A stretch of 33,083 nucleotides of DNA from Callorhinchus milii (taxonomy: Eukaryota): positions 1 through 33,083 of the forward strand of contig NW_024705586.1 in assembly GCF_018977255.1 (NCBI RefSeq). The letters run 5' to 3'. The notes beneath the pieces are model-generated. The model was given only the letters and a program-made list of their open reading frames with translations. It made no database searches and was not told where the DNA came from. Positions 1-11,293 of the stretch are shown here, in pieces; position 1 is the stretch's first letter, and every line of letters starts with the position of its first letter. A program made the translations under genes and the position numbers.

Positions 1-797
1 TTCTACACTGCAGTGTGTAGTGTTAGAGTTGTCTTGATATCGGCATCTCTCCACATTTCTGTGTGGTTTACTTTTGCTTTCACTTTCGATCGATTCGTAG
101 CTATTTGCTTCCAAAAGATGCAAAGAAAATATTGCACGAAGAGAAATGCCACTCTGGTTATTGTGACTCTGTCTGTGTTTAGCTTCTTAGTTAGCATTCC
201 ATGGTACTTTACATTTGATCCTTACATCATACTTAACGATACCCCGTGGTATTGTGTCTTCAAATCAAGCTACTATACCTTGGTCTCCTGGAAAGCGTTT
301 GAAACGTTTCATCGCGTTATGGCTCCCATGTTTGGTTTTGCTTTGATTTGTCTGTTCAATGTTCTGATTATCAGGCACATTTTGATGGCAAGTAGAGTTC
401 GTAGGAGGCTTCGGGTCAGAGTAATACTGAGAAAACAATTGATGCAGAGTTAGAAAACCGAAGAAAATCCATCATTTTACTTTTTGCCATATCGGGCAGT
501 TTTATTCTGTTGTGGACAACTTATGTTACATATTCCTTCACTTTGCAACTGTCCAATTTTAATTACAGCGAAACACTTGTCAATAGCACCCGATATATTT
601 TCCAAGAAACTGGAATCATGCTTCAAAGGTTGAGTTGCTCTAACAACACCTTTATTTATGCACTGACTCAGAATAAGTTCAGAGAAGAGTTCAAGAAAGG
701 GTTATTTTATCCCTTTCAAATCATTGCTAAATTAATGATGAAACATCATCAACTCAAAGTAAGAAAGAATTTGGCTACGCACATTGTTGAACTTTAG
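1..797 (+). CDS. Orphan class A GPCR, GPR139-like (chondrichthyan-expanded type); 5'-partial large exon with a 1-nt frameshift at ~413-415 (pseudogene or sequencing error)
   Basis: Frame 1 from base 1 reads FYTAVCSVRVVL...SVWFTFAFTFDRFVAICFQK...KYCT (TM3-TM5). After CTTCGGGTCAG, adding one G restores LRGQSNTEKTIDAELENRRKSIILLFAISGSFILLWTTY...SCSNNTFIYALTQNKFREE to TAG at 795-797, collinear with the paralogue at 17687-18588. Confidence 0.9.
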
Positions 798-1089
798 TAA
801 TATTGGTAAACTTCTCCACAAACTATGAAGGGTTCCAGCATTATGAGCAGAGATTACTTATGCACCAATCCTTCCAAATACAGTAACTATCTGTAACATT
901 TAAGCTACTGCTCCCTGATGCATTAAAAGTGAATATCTCTTAACTTGAAGGAATGTTCCTGAAGGAATGTTTGAATTTTTATGCAATGAGACTTTCCATC
1001 ACAAATATGTTACGAAACGTTATGCAATATGTATGTACACTCCAAATAAGTGCTGAAATATATTTATAGCAATGTAATTTATTGATATA

Positions 1090-1140
1090 ATATATGTAAA
1101 TATATGTAAATATATGTAAATATATGTAAATATGTAAATG
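1090..1140. repeat. (TATATGTAAA)n tandem repeat, about 4-5 copies
   Basis: Direct reading. Confidence 0.9.
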
Positions 1141-1922
1141 TGAATAAATTGGTATTGATTTTGTTGTACAACTGCAGAAATGACCAAGCAAGGCCGACCT
1201 GCATTCATGTAATCTTCATTTGATGGAATAAGAAGGGTTCGGACACACCATTCCTCATGAAAAGCAAGACATGAAAGGTAGTTTGCTACGGTTGCTTTGA
1301 AATGGCTTCATGAGTCCGGATAGCAGAAAACAGACCCAATCTGCTTAACTTAGAAGTGATGCTCTCACGGTGGTTTTCTGGCACCAAGTTCATATGCCGA
1401 GCAAATGAATGTCTCAGCAGATTCAATCAAACGTCTTGGTGGTGTATTCAGGTTTCTTGTCATTATTTCAGGGTACATCTGATGACAGACCAGCCTTCCT
1501 GGCTCGATTCCCATGAAAACAATCAATTAGAATTCAATCGAGGGGAAGTCCTAAGGTACTGAAAAGTTGATTCCTGCTGACTGAGAGCAAGCATTATTCA
1601 CACTCAGCGACTGCAAATCATGTAAGCTGTATGGGATTGATACTCCAAGTAATATATTAAGCGAGAAACTTGCCAGGTATTGGGAAACATGCTAAACCGC
1701 TTCCATTTGCAGTTTCCTGGTGATCTCCAGTAATGCAAATAACTTGTTTTTTCTGGTGTAAGTTTGCTCTGCCCTCTGCACTGGGAAATGGGAAGCATGG
1801 CCAGGGTGGGGCTGATTGGTTCACGAAGCTTGGGTGGGAGAGGGCAAGATTTACAGGTTTCTAATAGTTCTACAGCTTGTGGATTGAAGAGAAGGGAAGA
1901 TCCTCAATAAATACCACACCAC

Positions 1923-2515
1923 CAACAACAAAATTACATTTCTAGAGCGCGTTGCACGTCGGGAGGACGTCCCAAAGAATGGAATGGTCAGGCGTCGGGG
2001 CCCGAGCATTGGCAAGAATGGTATAGTGGGTGAGGCAAGGGAGGAAGCGAGGCGAAGGGACCGTGGAATGGAGTTCTAGAGTATAGGGGCAGAGAGGCTG
2101 AAAGCCCGCAACCGATAGTAGGGCAAGCTGGGCGGGAGACATGGGGCAAAGGGAGCTCGTGGTCAGGCGAGGGTTGGAATGATGGGTCACGGAGCTTGGT
2201 GCGTGAGAGTAAACGAGCTATAGATGGTGGGGTAATCTGCAGCTTGTGAGGGGAAGGGTGGGAAGGGCAATGACGAGGGAGTTCCCGTAAACGAGTCTTG
2301 ATGTGAGGAAAGCGTGGGTGAGGGTCCGGCAGCCTAATGGATGAGGCAGTGGCCGAGTCTGGCGATGTTGCGGAGGTGGTGGTCGGCAATGCCAGTCATG
2401 GCGCGAATGTGGAGGAGAAAGGACATTTCAGATTCAAACAAGATACCCTGTTCCTGACTCGCTGAATGAGGTTGAGTGTGCAGCCGTGGAGGCTGATGCT
2501 GCCAGCGCCTGATGT
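1923..2515 (-). mobile_element. L2 LINE 3' fragment (old, internally deleted)
   Basis: The reverse complement has the L2 tail GGGACGTCCTCCCGACGTG...(TTG)n. Its translation GILFESEMSFLLHIR...HHLRNIARL matches the L2 at 9340-11293. Confidence 0.85.
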
Positions 2516-2683
2516 ACCAAACTTTGTACCAGCCATAACACACTGACTTCGTGTCACAGAGCGGAAGGGATTCAAGCTGCTTGCTCATTTGTTTAATTCC
2601 ATCAATTGCTTTGCACCCCCTATCTCTCTCAGCTTTCATCACATATGCACACCGTGGAATTAATGTGCATGCCTCCATGTGTA

Positions 2684-2755
2684 TCCTCGTTAGTATAGTG
2701 ATTAATATCCGCCCCTTTTACGCGCGAGACCGAGGTTCAATTCTCCGACGTGGCG
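2684..2755 (+). pseudogene. tRNA-Asp-derived pseudogene (anticodon position now TTT)
   Basis: TCCTCGTTAGTATAGTGATTAATATCCGCCCCTTTTACGCGCGAGACCGAGGTTCAATTCTCCGACGTGGCG aligns end to end (72 nt) with vertebrate tRNA-Asp(GTC). D-loop GG, anticodon and stems are mutated; a T run follows. Confidence 0.85.
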
Positions 2756-4014
2756 ATAATTTTAATGTTTGTTCCCAAATTAATCCACGTTGTTACTGTT
2801 TTTTGTCAATCAGAAAACATTGCAGTAGGAAGATCTTTTGATACAAGTGAATTTTCTCCCAGAAATTGCGCAGTCCATTCCCTTTGCGGTATATTCTGTG
2901 ATGCGCTTTTAGACGTCTCGAATACGTATTAAGAAACTATATCAAATGAAAGAATTATTTATACCGAACTCACTTTGAATAATATCCAAAGACAAATGCA
3001 AGAAATATTACAAGTGATTTTGTAGAAGCTGCAGTTTAACAGAGACACACACTCTGGATTAAATTTGCTGTTCATTCATTGTCACAAACACAGTCCTAAG
3101 AATAAAGGATTCAGGGATACAGGCATTCCGTATGTAGGGTGACCAAAAAGTCGTGATAACTACTCTATTATCTACAATAAAAACGTTCATCATTTCTTTA
3201 ATACTTACTATTTATTTTAAGGGGTGAGCCAGACAGCAATTCTATGACTTTACATATAAATGGATGTAGCTTTTTCTAACAATGTATATATGGATTTCCT
3301 AAAAATAGCTACTTTTGCAGTTGGTTGATATAACCGTTCATGTCGTCAGGTGGCGTTGAATACTTGTATTGATAGTCCCCGTTGCACCGATGACAAAAGC
3401 AACTATTGTTTTACTTTACCTCCTACGTCCGTATTGAATTCGTATATCGATATATTTCCAGATTTTCTCCAGTTCATTGCTTTTCACATGTTAATCACTT
3501 GGAATAGTGACAGCGATCATAGTGTTCGTACAATTTCATGAATTATTGATGTTAATATCTGGTCTGTTACAGCCGATTGATCTGTCTTTGTGTAATTTTA
3601 CGTAATTGTACCAAATGCAAGGATAATTATATTATTATAATTGTAACCCCAATATTATTGTAAAGTTGTTTAATTGTATCACGTTCCCTGACTGAAATGG
3701 ATACGAGTTGGACTGGACATCAATCTCAAATTGTGAACAAATTGTCTCGTGAATATATTTAGCGACATTGTTAAGTTTGATTAGATATTCCGTTTCTTAT
3801 TATTATTGTTGCGATGACAATGATCTTGGTGGCGAAAGTAAAAACATACAGGTGATGGAATGAATACAAGCAATAAAACCAGTAAACTTGAGCGGGAAGA
3901 TTAGTGTCAGTGTTCGAAGATTAGTAAATAATAACAGCGTTCGTAGTCAATTGACCATTAACTGATCTGGGGTAATAGTCCCTTCAATCATAACAATAAT
4001 AAAAACAATACTAC

Positions 4015-4148
4015 TAACTGCTGCTTTTCGGCCGCAAAACAACCAGTGAATTCACTTTGCAAGTCGCTTCTGTGAAACACCTTGAGACGTCTTGAAGACG
4101 TGATAGGACGCTATATGATATTGCAGTTTTATTATTATTATTGTTGTT
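4015..4148 (+). mobile_element. Old Deu-SINE 3' fragment
   Basis: Degenerate match to the SINE 3' end: TTCTGTGAAACACCTTGAGACGTC...CGCTATAT...(TTA)n. Confidence 0.7.
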
Positions 4149-4197
4149 GGCAGCAAAGGTGCTGCTAATGTAACATAATAGGCAGCAATTAAAATTG

Positions 4198-4662
4198 TGG
4201 CCCGTACGGTGATCGAACCAACGATCATCAACTTTGTACACAAATCCCTACACTTCTCTGCCCCCATCACCACATACCTCTCTGACACCCTCTCTCCTCA
4301 AAACAATATCCGTTGTTTCCGTTTCTCTGGGTCTGGCCTCCTCGCCGATCGCGGAGTCCACTGCGCCACCTTCGGCGACCGTGCCATCAGCCACTATGCC
4401 CCGAGGCTCTGGAACTCCCTTCCTGACTCCCTTTGCCTCGTCCTCTCTCTACCTACTTTCAAGACCCTGCAGAAGACCTTTCTTTTCGACCACGCCTTTG
4501 GTCACCTTCCTCCCCCTCCCCCCGGCTCGGCCCCGGGATCCGTTATTGTGAAGTGCTCTGAGACGCCGTCCGGCATGGAGATCGCTTTATAAATCCAAGT
4601 TGTTTTTGTTGTTGATCTTAGCGTTATTAGCACCAGTCTCTAACCAACTGAGGTAATCAGCA
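4198..4662 (-). pseudogene. tRNA-Ile(AAT) pseudogene interrupted by an L2 insertion (halves 4618-4662 and 4198-4226)
   Basis: Joining the halves gives 74 nt whose reverse complement matches vertebrate tRNA-Ile(AAT): ...CTCAGTTGGTTAGAG..TGGTGCTAATAACGC..AAG|..GGTTCGATC.CCGTACGGGCCA. Confidence 0.88.
4227..4613 (+). mobile_element. 5'-truncated L2 LINE (tail type B) inserted in tRNA-Ile, flanked by GATC at 4223-4226 and 4614-4617
   Basis: ORF2 C-terminal remnant GDRAISHYAPRLWNSLP...KTFLF; tail GAAGTGCTCTGAGACGCCGTCCGGCATGG...ATAAATCCAAG(TTG)n. Confidence 0.9.
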
Positions 4663-5102
4663 TCCCTTGCTGAGTGAGACACAGAAAGCCCTGATTACTG
4701 ACATACGCAATGCAAACTTGTGACTGACATATTCTGGTGTATTTTCTATACAATAGACAACTACGTTGTTCAATTAATTCTACCAATCTGCTGCTTGCAT
4801 CATATCTTTGAGGTAGAGGTATAATCTCCCGGACACCTATTTGCTCAGGAGAATTATACTCAGCAGTTCCGTTCAAATGTCTTAACAAATCAAAATTTAT
4901 ACTATATTATTTTACTCTCAAAACAGTTCAGTTACTGTATCAACCCATTGCTCCGATTTGTGTCTTGGACACAGAAAACGATTTTTTTTGAAAGGCAATG
5001 ACTTACACAAACAGTGATAATTTTTTCTTTGGATGGAATTATTACTGCTTGTAAAAGTCATTCACCAATCCACAAATAATCAACTCCCAGATTACTTAAA
5101 CT

Positions 5103-5203
5103 GGTGTGTTGAGAAAGAAACTTGTCCAGCGTTTCGTCCTGCTGGGAATCGAACCTCGGTCTCTCGCTAGCGAGTCGAGTGCTCTAACCACTGAGCTACA
5201 GAG
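5103..5203 (-). mobile_element. tRNA-derived SINE 5' head
   Basis: Reverse complement reads CTGTAGCTCAGTGGTTAGAGCACTCG...GGTTCGATTCCCAGCAGGACGAAAC, matching the full-length SINE heads in this window. Confidence 0.85.
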
Positions 5204-5343
5204 CTCCATGTTAACCAACGCAACATAACATTTGTATAGCGTCTTTCGCGTCAGGGGCACAGTCCGGTATTACAGTAAATAACTTGAAGGATTTTGATTA
5301 ATTTTCAAGGAGAAAACGGCGAGAACTAATAACATCAGTTTAG

Positions 5344-5512
5344 TCCTGTAGCTCAGTGGTTAGAGCACTCATCTCATTGGATTCCGTTTCCAGTAGGGCG
5401 AAATGTTGAGCAAGTTTCCATACTCCACACGCCTCTGTTTAACACGCAATCAGTATATTCTGTGAAGTACTTTGAGACGTCTCGAAGATGTATGACGTTT
5501 TATACATCCAAA
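5344..5512 (+). mobile_element. Internally deleted tRNA-derived SINE
   Basis: Head TCCTGTAGCTCAGTGGTTAGAGCACTC, then CAAGTTTCCATACTCCACAC, then tail TTCTGTGAAGTACTTTGAGACGTC; the central Deu domain is missing. Confidence 0.8.
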
Positions 5513-5553
5513 GCAACGACCATTATTAGCATAATGTGAAATGAATTGTACAG

Positions 5554-5705
5554 CTCCTCTCTCAACTCTCTATCCCCTCCTCACGCTCTCCCTTCCCTCC
5601 CCTCACCCTGACCATTTCCCCATGCTCGGGTCCTGACCCAACTGCACAGCGCCTTGGGACGTCCTCCCGACGTGAAAAGCGATCTATAAATGGAATCTTG
5701 TTGTT
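5554..5705 (+). mobile_element. L2 3' UTR/tail (type A)
   Basis: Near-identical to the 3' end of the L2 at 9340-11293 (CCCTCACCCTGACCATTTCCCC...GGGACGTCCTCCCGACGTGAAA...GGAATC(TTG)n). Confidence 0.9.
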
Positions 5706-6489
5706 CAAGAGAGAGTGTAAAACATGTGTTCGCTCAATCCACATCTCTTTATGGGATATTACTGCATGCAATTGGCTACGGCGCGCGTTTACAGCCCAGC
5801 AGTCCTTTGCGAATACCTGAACATCACAAATATTAGTTTTTGTTGACGGGAGTGTCACAGGTGATCAATCCCAACATTTGTGGCTACTGTGAAGGTGGAG
5901 GTTTTGCAACAATTACCAACCAGCTGTCCTCACACCAAGACATTACAAATATTACTAACCTTTATACAGAATGCATTATCTCTGTTGTCCTGAGAGAAAT
6001 GTGAGTTTCAGCAACCTAATCATGAGGAAATGATACTGATGGTTATGAACACGGCTCAATCAGTCGTTGGAGCTTCAGAGTCATCATCTCATAATCCTTT
6101 ATTTGAAGTGCATGCTTGTTAACGCTTTTCACTGAATACTTCATTTTCACCTTCGATTACAATCTGACAGTTCAACGGAAGAGCTTTTCCATTAACATAA
6201 TTAATAGGGATATTTCATTCGATTTCCAAGGTTCAAAAACTAACGAAACCAAAGGATTTTTTTNAACAATAAATACTATTCATTAACATTCAAATACTAA
6301 ATGAGGATAATTTATGATTAACGACATGATAAGTACTGATACACAATTCGGTTGAATGGCAATTGCTGACTGTTGAGATGTTATACCGACTTTGTAGATA
6401 AAACTTCACTGAACTTCATCAAGCAATGCTATTCCTGAAATAACCAATACAAATGCAGTCCTGGTTGAATATCTGATTCAGGGACAAAG

Positions 6490-6561
6490 TGTTCCATGGT
6501 GTAATGGTGAACACTCTGGACTTTGAATCCAGTGATCCGATTTCAAATCTCGGTGGAACCT
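6490..6561 (+). tRNA. tRNA-Gln(TTG), probably damaged or a recent pseudogene
   Basis: TGTTCCATGGTGTAATGGTGAACACTCTGGACTTTGAATCCAGTGATCCGATTTCAAATCTCGGTGGAACCT has an intact anticodon arm CTGGA-CTTTGAA-TCCAG. It has G1->T, a D-stem mismatch and G53->T in the B box relative to vertebrate tRNA-Gln. Confidence 0.85.
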
Positions 6562-7004
6562 TGTGCTTGTATATTGATTTTAGCTGCATGATTGTCCTGC
6601 AACCAGTCACCAAAGTCATTGTATTGACGGTCAACGTTAAAAGCTCCAATGAGTCTCATGCATTATCCCGTGTGAATGGCGAAATGAAAATGTAAATCTG
6701 TATTGCATTGCATTCATTCCCAAGTTCCAGTCGTGTTTCAGTTATTATTTTCTTGACTGATGTGACATTCGTTTTATCAAGTCGGCTGCATCCCAAGTTT
6801 GAAATTAAGTAAAATGATCAATACGTAGTAAGTGTCTAAATCAGCTCAATCACACTCCGTTTTTATTTTGCATACATGTGACGGTTTTGTTGCATAAAGC
6901 TTGGATGATCGTTGCAGTCCAATAAAAATGGAAACAAAACTGTTTTATTTCGACATTTAGGTTGCTGTGTTCATTGCAGCTAAAATACAATCAATGCCCA
7001 TGAA

Positions 7005-7200
7005 TGCATCAAGCTGTTTTTTGAAATAAATCGAAGTTGCTGGCCTCAAACACCTCCGCTGTCAAACTGTTCCAGTTCTTCATTGTTCTCTGGTTGAAGA
7101 AAATCCTCCCTCTCTGCGTCCTGAAATTGACCTTTTCAAATTTAAATATGTGTCCGCTTGTTCTACCGTTTTGCTCCGTCCCAAACTGTTGATTTGGCAT
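7005..7200 (-). mobile_element. CR1 LINE 3' fragment
   Basis: Translation RTSGHIFKFEKVNFRTQRGRIFFNQRTMKNWNSL matches the CR1 ORF2 C-terminal motif (TRGH..K....FF..RV...WN.L). Confidence 0.8.
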
Positions 7201-7374
7201 TCTATGGATTAATGGTTAGAGCACAAACCTTGCTCTAAGTCGACTTGGGTTCGATTCCGTTTATATGTATTTGAATAAGATATTAATCTTTACTGCGTTC
7301 AGATTTAGGGAAGGACATATTTTCTGTGCATCGGGTGCAAATTAGTTTCAGCAGAATGACACTATGGCTGAAGT

Positions 7375-7815
7375 GTTTGAATTATGAGGAGAGTTTCATA
7401 AACGTGGTGTCTATTTCCTTGGGTTTATAAGGTTGATGGGTGATCTTATTGAGGATTTTAAAATATTAAAACGGTTCGTTATGATAGGAAAAGAAAAGCT
7501 ATTTCCTCCATTTGGGAAATCCACTGGAAGGGGGTATCATTTCAAATAAGAACACGGCCATTTATGAGTGAAATCAGGAGGCATTTGTTCACCTCAGCAG
7601 TAGTAGAAATCTGCAAATATGTCAAAAAAGGCCATACAGATGTTGAAGACATTCACATCTTCAAGACGGAGTTAGATAGATATTTGATTTTTCAGGGCAT
7701 TAAGCGATATGGGGCAGCGGCGGATACTTGGACTATATATACAGATCAGCCATGACCTAGGAGAATGGCAAAGCAGAATCGAGTGGCTGAGTGGCCTGCC
7801 CTGTTTCTATATTTC
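7375..7815 (+). mobile_element. CR1 LINE 3' fragment
   Basis: GDLIEDFKILK, SEIRRHLFT...FKTELDRYL and a shark-type CR1 3' UTR (GATCAGCCATGA...GAATGGC). Confidence 0.85.
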
Positions 7816-8049
7816 TGACAGGAAAGACATAAAAGCCGTTACGCTGATTGCCCCGGAAAGATCATTGGCTGCAGGGCAAAGGGTCCTTTATATTCCGCGT
7901 TTATTTTTCAAAAAGCATGTATAAACAGGCATTGGGGAAGGCGGTTGTGGGGGGTGGGTGGTGATGATGGGGCCTCGGTGTAGGAGTGGGGTAAGAGAGA
8001 GATAGCGTAACAGGAGGAGGGAAAAGACAACAAGTTGGTTGCTTTGCAG

Positions 8050-8097
8050 CTACAATAATTATACACAATAATTATACAATAATTATACAATAATTAT
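8050..8097. repeat. (CAATAATTATA)n-like AT-rich tandem repeat
   Basis: Direct reading, about 4 copies. Confidence 0.8.
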
Positions 8098-8425
8098 GTT
8101 TCCCAGTGAAAGGCGAATTTTCTTGCTCGCATCCATTTCCCTAAAGGTGATTTTTCTTCCTCCAGAAACACAAAAATGAAAAACAATATATTTTTGCTTG
8201 TCACGTTGAGCAGGTTATTCACTGTCACTTCAGATAATTCTTCTACCGTCTATGTGGGACAAAACCCTTCGAACGCTGGGCCGCATAACTGTGAGCTCAC
8301 ACACTGTTACGCTGAGGAGAAGAAAATGTCAATGCAAATTACAGCAATGTTGTGAACTTCTTGACTGGTTATTTTATTGTTGTGATATTAGACCCCATTT
8401 CACTAAAATAGTCATACATTTTACC

Positions 8426-8505
8426 GTCATTGCACATAGTGACCTCCGGATCCTGTCACTGAACATAGTGACCCACGACTCCTGCCATTGCATACAGTGA
8501 CCCGT
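8426..8505. repeat. 29-bp minisatellite, about 3 degenerate copies
   Basis: GTCATTGCACATAGTGACC-like units start at 8426, 8455 and 8484. Confidence 0.8.
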
Positions 8506-8539
8506 GCCTGGTAGACAAAAATATGGGAAAGTATTTCAG

Positions 8540-8674
8540 AGTGGGAATAAGAGACACAGAGAGCATACCAAAGCGTGTGAGAGGTGAGAAGGAGTGACGA
8601 TGACGAGAGTGACAGACAAAAATAACACAGAAAAGAGAGAGGATAGAGAGAGGAATGCGAGAGAGAGAGAGAGG

Positions 8675-8707
<33 letters not shown>

Positions 8708-9335
8708 TTTGAGAGTGTGTCAGTGTGTGTGAGAGAGAGATGGAGAGAGCGACAAGGAAAATATTTGAGAGAGTATGTGTGAGAGGGATATAGTTAAGCG
8801 GAGAATTAGAGGGAGGGAGTGAGAGAGAGAGAAAGAAAGAGAGAGTGAGAGAGAGAAGAGGTCGGGGCGATGTTGGGGNTAGGGGGGTGGGGGTGGAGTT
8901 ATAGTGGCAGACTGAAAGGGAGAGAAAGAATCAGAGATAGAGTGTGTTTGAGGAAGTTTGTGACTGAGCGTGAGAGAGAGGGAGTGATAGAGAGTGGAGG
9001 AGAGAGTGGTTGAGAGTGGGAAGACAGTGACTGAAAGAAGGGAGAGCGAGATACAGAGAAAATGAGATAGAGAGAGAGACAGTGATTTGAAAGTTACATG
9101 TGTATGAGCATATGAGCAAGAGGAGAAAGTGAAAGTGGGAAAGTGGGAAACAGACCTTGTGTGTGAGAGACAGAGAAAGAGTGTGTTTGGGAGAGAGAGA
9201 GGAGAGTGATGGAGGAAGTGTGAGAGGAGATTATGTGTGTGAGAGTGTTAGTAAAGAGAGGAGAAGTGAGAAAGTGGATGTGATAAAGTGAGTGTTTGAT
9301 GGGCAGATAGAGTGACTGACAGCAAGGGGTGAGAG
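8540..9335. repeat. GA/GT-rich low-complexity tract
   Basis: Degenerate (GA)n/(GT)n; contains an N at 8879. Confidence 0.9.
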
Positions 9336-9339
9336 ATTT

Positions 9340-11293
9340 CCACCACATCCCGACTCCTCCGTCCCCCCCGCCACCCCGCGCAGGTCATCTCCTCCAACCT
9401 TCACTGCGAGGAGATGCTGGATTTCCTTGAATCCAAAATCATGGGAATCCGCTCCGCGGTCACTTCCCCTCCAACTTCCACCCACCACCCACCCCTTCCC
9501 TCCCACACTCCGACTCCTACCCATCCTCACCTACACACCTTCGTACCCGTTTCCCCACCCTCTGTCACTGAACTCATCCTATCCCTAAAACCAACCACCT
9601 GCTCACTTGACCCCATCCCCACTCCACTCCTTATCTCCCAGCTCCATTTTCTTGCCCCACACATCACTGACATCATAAACCTGTCCCACTCCTCTGGCTC
9701 TGTCCCCATTCCATTAAAAACTGCCATCATCACGCCCACCCTGAAAAAACCCTCCCTTGATGTGTCGCAGCTATCAAGCTACCGGCCCATCTCCAACCTC
9801 CCCTTTCTCTCCAAGGTCTTGGAAAGAGTTGTCGCCTCCCAACTGCGCTCTTTCCTCTCCACCCATTCTCTTTTCGAACCCCTTCAGTCAGGTTTCCGTG
9901 CTGCTCATAGCACAGAAACTGCCCTGGTCAAGGTCACCAATGATATCCTGACCATCTGTGACCAGGGCTCCCTCTGTCTCCTCGTCCTCCTCGACCTATC
10001 GGCAGCATTCGATACGGTCGACCACGCTATCCTACTCCACCGCTTGTCCTCCCACCTCAACCTTCAAGGCACTGTCCTTGAATGGTTTAGCTCTTAACTT
10101 TCCCACCGTCTTCACTTCGTCTCAACGAATGGCTTCTCCTCCACCCCCCGTACTGTCTCATGTGGTGTCCCTCAGGGCTCTGTCCTCGGTCCCCTCCTCT
10201 TCACCCTCTATATGCTCCCCTTGGTGACATCATCCGCAGACATGGGGTTAACTTCCACATGTATGCGGATGACACCCAACTCTACCTTTCCTCCTCTACT
10301 CTCAACTCCACGACCACCGATGTCCTGACAGCCTGCCTGTCCGACATCGAGTCCTGGACGAGAGACAACTTTCTTCAGCTCAACGTGCGAAAAACCGAGG
10401 CCCTCCTGATTGGCTCACGTCAGCGCCTCCGCACCTCAGGCGCTGACACCATCAGCATCCAAGGCTGCACTCTCCACCTCTCAAAGCCAGTCAGGAACCT
10501 CGGCGTTTTGTTCGACCCTGAGCTGTCCTTTCTCCCTCACATCCGCACCGCATTCCATCACCTCCGGAACATCGCCAGACTACGGCATTACCTCACCCCT
10601 CACGCTGCTGAAACCCTGGTTCACGCCTTTGTCACCTCAAGGCTGGACTATGGGAACTCTCTCCTCGCCGTCCTTCCCGCCACCTCCCTCCACACTGCAG
10701 GTCATCCAGAACTCTGCAGCTCGTGTACTGTCCCGCACCAGGCTTCGCGACCACATCACTCCCACCGTCGCTCGCCTCCACTGGCTCCCCATCCCCCAGG
10801 GGATTGATTTCAACATCCTCATCCTCACCTACAAGGCCATTCACGGCCTTGCTCCCTCCTACCTCTCCGACCTACTATCCCCCTACCTACCTGCCCGTAC
10901 CCTCCGTTCCTCTGGCTCCGGTCTGCTCCACGTCCCCCGCCCGAACCGCCCTACCATCGGTGGTCGGGCCTTCAGCCTCTCAGTCCCCAGGCTCTGGAAC
11001 TCCATCCCCCAGTGCCTTCGCCGCTTCCTCCCTTTCCTCCTTCAAGGCCGGTCTCAAAACCTTTCTCTTTGACCGAGCCTTCAGCTCCCATCTCGACTCT
11101 CTTCCCCCTCCTCGCTCCCTCCCTTCCCTCCCCTCACCCTGACCATTTCCCCACTCCTCGCTCCCTCCCTTCCCTCCCCTCACCCTGACCATTTCCCTCC
11201 TGCTCGGGTCATGACCCAACTGTGCAGCGCCTTGGGACGTCCTCCTGACGTGAAAGGCGCTTTATAAATGGAATCTTGTTGTTGTTGTTGTTG
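9340..11293 (+). mobile_element. 5'-truncated L2 LINE with a reverse transcriptase domain (inactive: stop codon and frameshifts)
   Basis: [52 protein letters not shown] and YADDTQLY motifs; TAA at 10095-10097; a tandem duplication of about 45 bp in the 3' UTR; (TTG)n tail. Confidence 0.97.

Noticed and set aside
1180..1870. Unique-looking sequence here and at 28740-29200 as possible coding or transposon remnants
   Set aside because: No recognisable motif in any frame; it would need a Dfam or BLAST search to assign.
7205..7260. tRNA-like fragment TGGTTAGAGCAC...GGGTTCGATTCC
   Set aside because: Only A/B-box-like words with no cloverleaf; probably a decayed SINE head and cannot be assigned.
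9414..11142. RT ORFs as an active or domesticated gene
   Set aside because: 5'-truncated L2 with no endonuclease domain, an in-frame stop and frameshifts.
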